This document shows positions 60,561 through 64,000 of a stretch of 64,000 nt of DNA, in pieces. The stretch spans positions 470,992 through 534,991 of the forward strand of contig NC_068990.1 of NCBI RefSeq assembly GCF_001194135.2, in the 5' to 3' direction. How positions within the stretch are numbered: position 1 is the first letter of the stretch; every line of letters starts with the position of its first letter. Origin of the DNA: Octopus bimaculoides. Taxonomy: Eukaryota. The notes below the pieces were generated by a model. It saw only the letters and a list, made by a program, of their open reading frames with translations, did not search any database and was not told the DNA's origin. The translations under genes and the position numbers were made by a program.

Positions 60561-62166
60561 TCTATATACTCCGTAATTCAACACAGTTTCCATCAACCAA
60601 ATTAACTCACAAAGTATTGATTGGCCATGGGCCATAGCAGACGACACTTGCCCAAGGTACTGTGCAATGGGACTGAACCTGAAACCATGTGGCTACAAAG
60701 TGAGCTTCTTAACCACACAGCCATGCCTGTGACTGGAAATGTAATTTTACCATCAGTTTTTTTTTTTCTTTTTATGTTTTTGATAGAAAACTAAATTAAT
60801 ATTCAGTTTTTTTTTTTTTTTTCATCTGAACTGGCCTTCAAATCTGATGTTATAAAAATAATTTCTAAAATAGGAATATTCCTCTTTTTCTTACAGCTGG
60901 CATTTAACTATAAAGAAACGTGGATAAGATTTGCAAATTATTCAATTATTTCCAACAGCTGGACAAGTTACTTGAGGCTAAAACTTTCACCAAATCTCTT
61001 TAGAAATCTCAGCAGGGTGATCTTTCATAATTCTGACTGTAAATAAACCTCAAAAGTAAATAAAAACAAAAAACCAGTACAGTGGAATAAAATATCAAAC
61101 AGATATCTTTTATCATGAAAAATTAAGCAATTATGCTTTATATAAGTATCTATCTTCTATCTATACTATAATGTAGAACGTTGCTTATTAATTAGGTATG
61201 TAACAATTAGTAAAAGTACTAAAAGAAAGCAATTATTAAAGGGTTGACTGTCTGGAAATGTTTTTATAAATTCATGTTCTAAGAAATTTCCTATAACTTC
61301 GATTTCTCAAGTTTATGTCTAATGATGATGGTGAGTGTGTGTGTCTTTGTGTTTGTTGACAACTGCTGTTGAATTGTTTATGCTCCCATAACTTTGTGCC
61401 TAAGCTAAAGACTCTGACAGAATAATTGCTGGTATCAATTTGTTTGACTAAATCCTTCAAGTTGGTGCCTCAGCATGACTGCAGTCCGATGACTGAAACA
61501 AAACATAAAAGTTATAATTTAACTATGCAGTTATGTACAGACTCCTAAATTGTACCTTATCTTACATATTATATTCCCTAATAAATAATGGGGTACTTTT
61601 ATTCTTGTTCATTTAATCAACACATTGCACCTATATCAGATGTCATAGTTTGGAGAATTCTGCATCCCAAAAGAGGACGATGACTACTTAATGACATACA
61701 TGTTGTTGGCAGGCACACACAAGACGTGAAAATGAGAATACCATTCCCAACATAGCCATTATCGTTTTTTATTCTTCATGTCTTTGAAAGTATAAAGTTA
61801 GTAGTTGATTTGTTGATAGGGAATGATAACAAAGTTCACCGTTTGTTGTTCACCATCTTTATAAACAGAATGTAAACATGTAAACCACATATGCATACAC
61901 ACACTGTCATTGTATATCTTTTATGTGTTTCACTCATTAGACTGTGGCCAGACTGGGGTACCAACTTGGAGGGTTTTAGTTGAACTGATCAACCCCAGAA
62001 TTTCCTTTATTTTTTGTTTTCCAAGTTTGGTACTCATTCTGTCTATTTTGCTGAACCACTATGTTACAGGGGGCTGTAAACAAAGTAACACCGGTTGCCA
62101 AGCAGTTGGTAGTGGTGGTGGGCACTCAAACACAGACATGTACACACATGTATATACACAGACACA

Positions 62167-62206
<40 letters not shown>

Positions 62207-63310
62207 AACAAACAATAAGCAACACGGATTTCAAAAGTGATTGCAGTACGCACGTTTCATGCTACTTCAATTTATTTAAGTAATGTGAGCATTACCTTAA
62301 ATGCAATATGAAGAGCAATCTTCAGCTGCACGAAAAAATGCAGAAAAAAGACATATTACAAATGTGGCAACATATTAAAACCAAGTGGGAGAGAGCAGAG
62401 GAAGAATATATAAGTCCATCTTGACATAGCAGGGTCTATGTCAAGATGGACTTATATATTCTTCCTCACATTTGGATTTTATGTATGCTCTCTCCCACTT
62501 GGATTTNNNNNNNNNNNNNNNNNNNNNNNNNNNNNNNNNNNNNNNNNNNNNNNNNNNNNNNNNNNNNNNNNNNNNNNNNNNNNNNNNNNNNNNNNNNNNN
62601 NNNNNNNNNNNNNNNNNNNNNNNNNNNNNNNNNNNNNNNNNNNNNNNNNNNNNNNNNNNNNNNNNNNNNNNNNNNNNNNNNNNNNNNNNNNNNNNNNNNN
62701 NNNNNNNNNNNNNNNNNNNNNNNNNNNNNNNNNNNNNNNNNNNNNNNNNNNNNNNNNNNNNNNNNNNNNNNNNNNNNNNNNNNNNNNNNNNNNNNNNNNN
62801 NNNNNNNNNNNNNNNNNNNNNNNNNNNNNNNNNNNNNNNNNNNNNNNNNNNNNNNNNNNNNNNNNNNNNNNNNNNNNNNNNNNNNNNNNNNNNNNNNNNN
62901 NNNNNNNNNNNNNNNNNNNNNNNNNNNNNNNNNNNNNNNNNNNNNNNNNNNNNNNNNNNNNNNNNNNNNNNNNNNNNNNNNNNNNNNNNNNNNNNNNNNN
63001 NNNNNNNNNNNNNNNNNNNNNNNNNNNNNNNNNNNNNNNNNNNNNNNNNNNNNNNNNNNNNNNNNNNNNNNNNNNNNNNNNNNNNNNNNNNNNNNNNNNN
63101 NNNNNNNNNNNNNNNNNNNNNNNNNNNNNNNNNNNNNNNNNNNNNNNNNNNNNNNNNNNNNNNNNNNNNNNNNNNNNNNNNNNNNNNNNNNNNNNNNNNN
63201 NNNNNNNNNNNNNNNNNNNNNNNNNNNNNNNNNNNNNNNNNNNNNNNNNNNNNNNNNNNNNNNNNNNNNNNNNNNNNNNNNNNNNNNNNTATATATATAT
63301 ATATATATCT

Positions 63311-63680
63311 AGGCGTAGCTGTGTGGTAAGAAGCTTGCTTCCCAACTGCATGGTTCTGGGTTCAGTCCCGCTGTGTGGCACCTTGGGCAAGTGTCTTCTA
63401 CTATAGCCTTAGGCCAGCCAAAGCTTTGTAAGTGGATTTGGTAGACGGAAACTGAAAGAATCCCGTCGTATATATGTTTGTGTGTCTGTGTTTGTCCCCT
63501 CCCCGCACCATCGCTTGGCAACTGATGTTAGTGTGTTTACATCCCCATAACTTAGCGGTTCAGCAAAAGAGCCCAATAGAATAAGTACTAGGCTTACAAA
63601 GAATAAGTCCTTGGGTTGATTTCTTTGACTAAAGGCAGTGCTCCAGCATGACCACAATCAAATGACTGAAACAAATAAAG
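63311..63680 (+). mobile_element. Full-length tRNA-derived octopus SINE type 1 (head, microsatellite spacer, tail)
   Basis: The head has pol III A-box-like (TAGCTGTGTGG) and B-box-like (GGTTCAGTCCC) motifs, followed by a (TA/TG)n spacer and a tail ending GACTGAAACAAATAAAG. Confidence 0.85.
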
Positions 63681-64000
63681 GACTATATACACACACACCT
63701 ATATATACACACACACACCTATATATACTCATGCACACAATGGGTTTCCACAGTTTCTCTATCAAATTTACTCACAAGCCATTAGTTGGCCTAGGGCGAC
63801 ATGAAATAGACACTAACCCAAGATGCCATGCAGTAGGAGCAAACCCACAGCCATGCCCTGCACCTATAGGCTGGCTAATTGTTCCACAAAAGACATGAAA
63901 AATACAATAAATCAAAGTTATGTTGGCTGATTCTTTTTCCATTTTCCATACATAATATTCTTTAATTATGTTATATATAATTTGACCTCAGCAATTATGC

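Noticed and set aside
63311-63380. tRNA gene
   Set aside because: It has A/B-box-like motifs, but I could not fold a cloverleaf and it continues into a SINE body present in many copies.
44061-63406. The longest ORFs in the track (200-330 aa) at 31.4-32.1, 44.1-45.1 and 62.4-63.4 kb
   Set aside because: They are open only because they run through N-gaps.
86-63898. Dozens of ORFs rich in HT/CV/YI/SL dipeptides
   Set aside because: They are translations of (CA)n, (TG)n, (TA)n and (GA)n microsatellites, not genes.

Overview
This is AT-rich, repeat-dense animal genomic DNA with nine assembly gaps. The SINE, LINE and MITE families and the very abundant (TA)n/(CA)n/(GA)n microsatellites look like an Octopus (coleoid cephalopod) genome; this is pattern recognition, not a search result. 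I found no host protein-coding gene I can name, no rRNA, no genuine tRNA gene and no CRISPR array. Every ORF with recognisable homology is a decayed transposon fragment: CR1 RT, RTE RT, L2/Crack-like RT, Tx1/L1 C-terminus, mariner and maT (DD37D-spaced) transposases, and a Helitron Rep N-terminus. Most other ORFs in the track are translations of microsatellites or N-runs. The window reads as intronic or intergenic. The strongest unexplained signals are: (1) a perfect 32-bp-stem hairpin at 62.4 kb; (2) a CpG-rich promoter-like region near 56.3 kb that may start a long minus-strand transcript, with orphan exon-like segments at 15.1 kb and 0.5 kb; (3) a perfect 36-bp palindrome at 24.25 kb; (4) a tail-to-tail inverted SINE pair at 28.4-29.2 kb that could be an A-to-I editing substrate; (5) a TTAGGG-armed hairpin element at 59.9 kb; and (6) nested TE stacks with readable target-site duplications. 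I see no convincing evidence of a complete new multi-gene system. All family names are by-eye and need Dfam/RepBase/BLAST confirmation.
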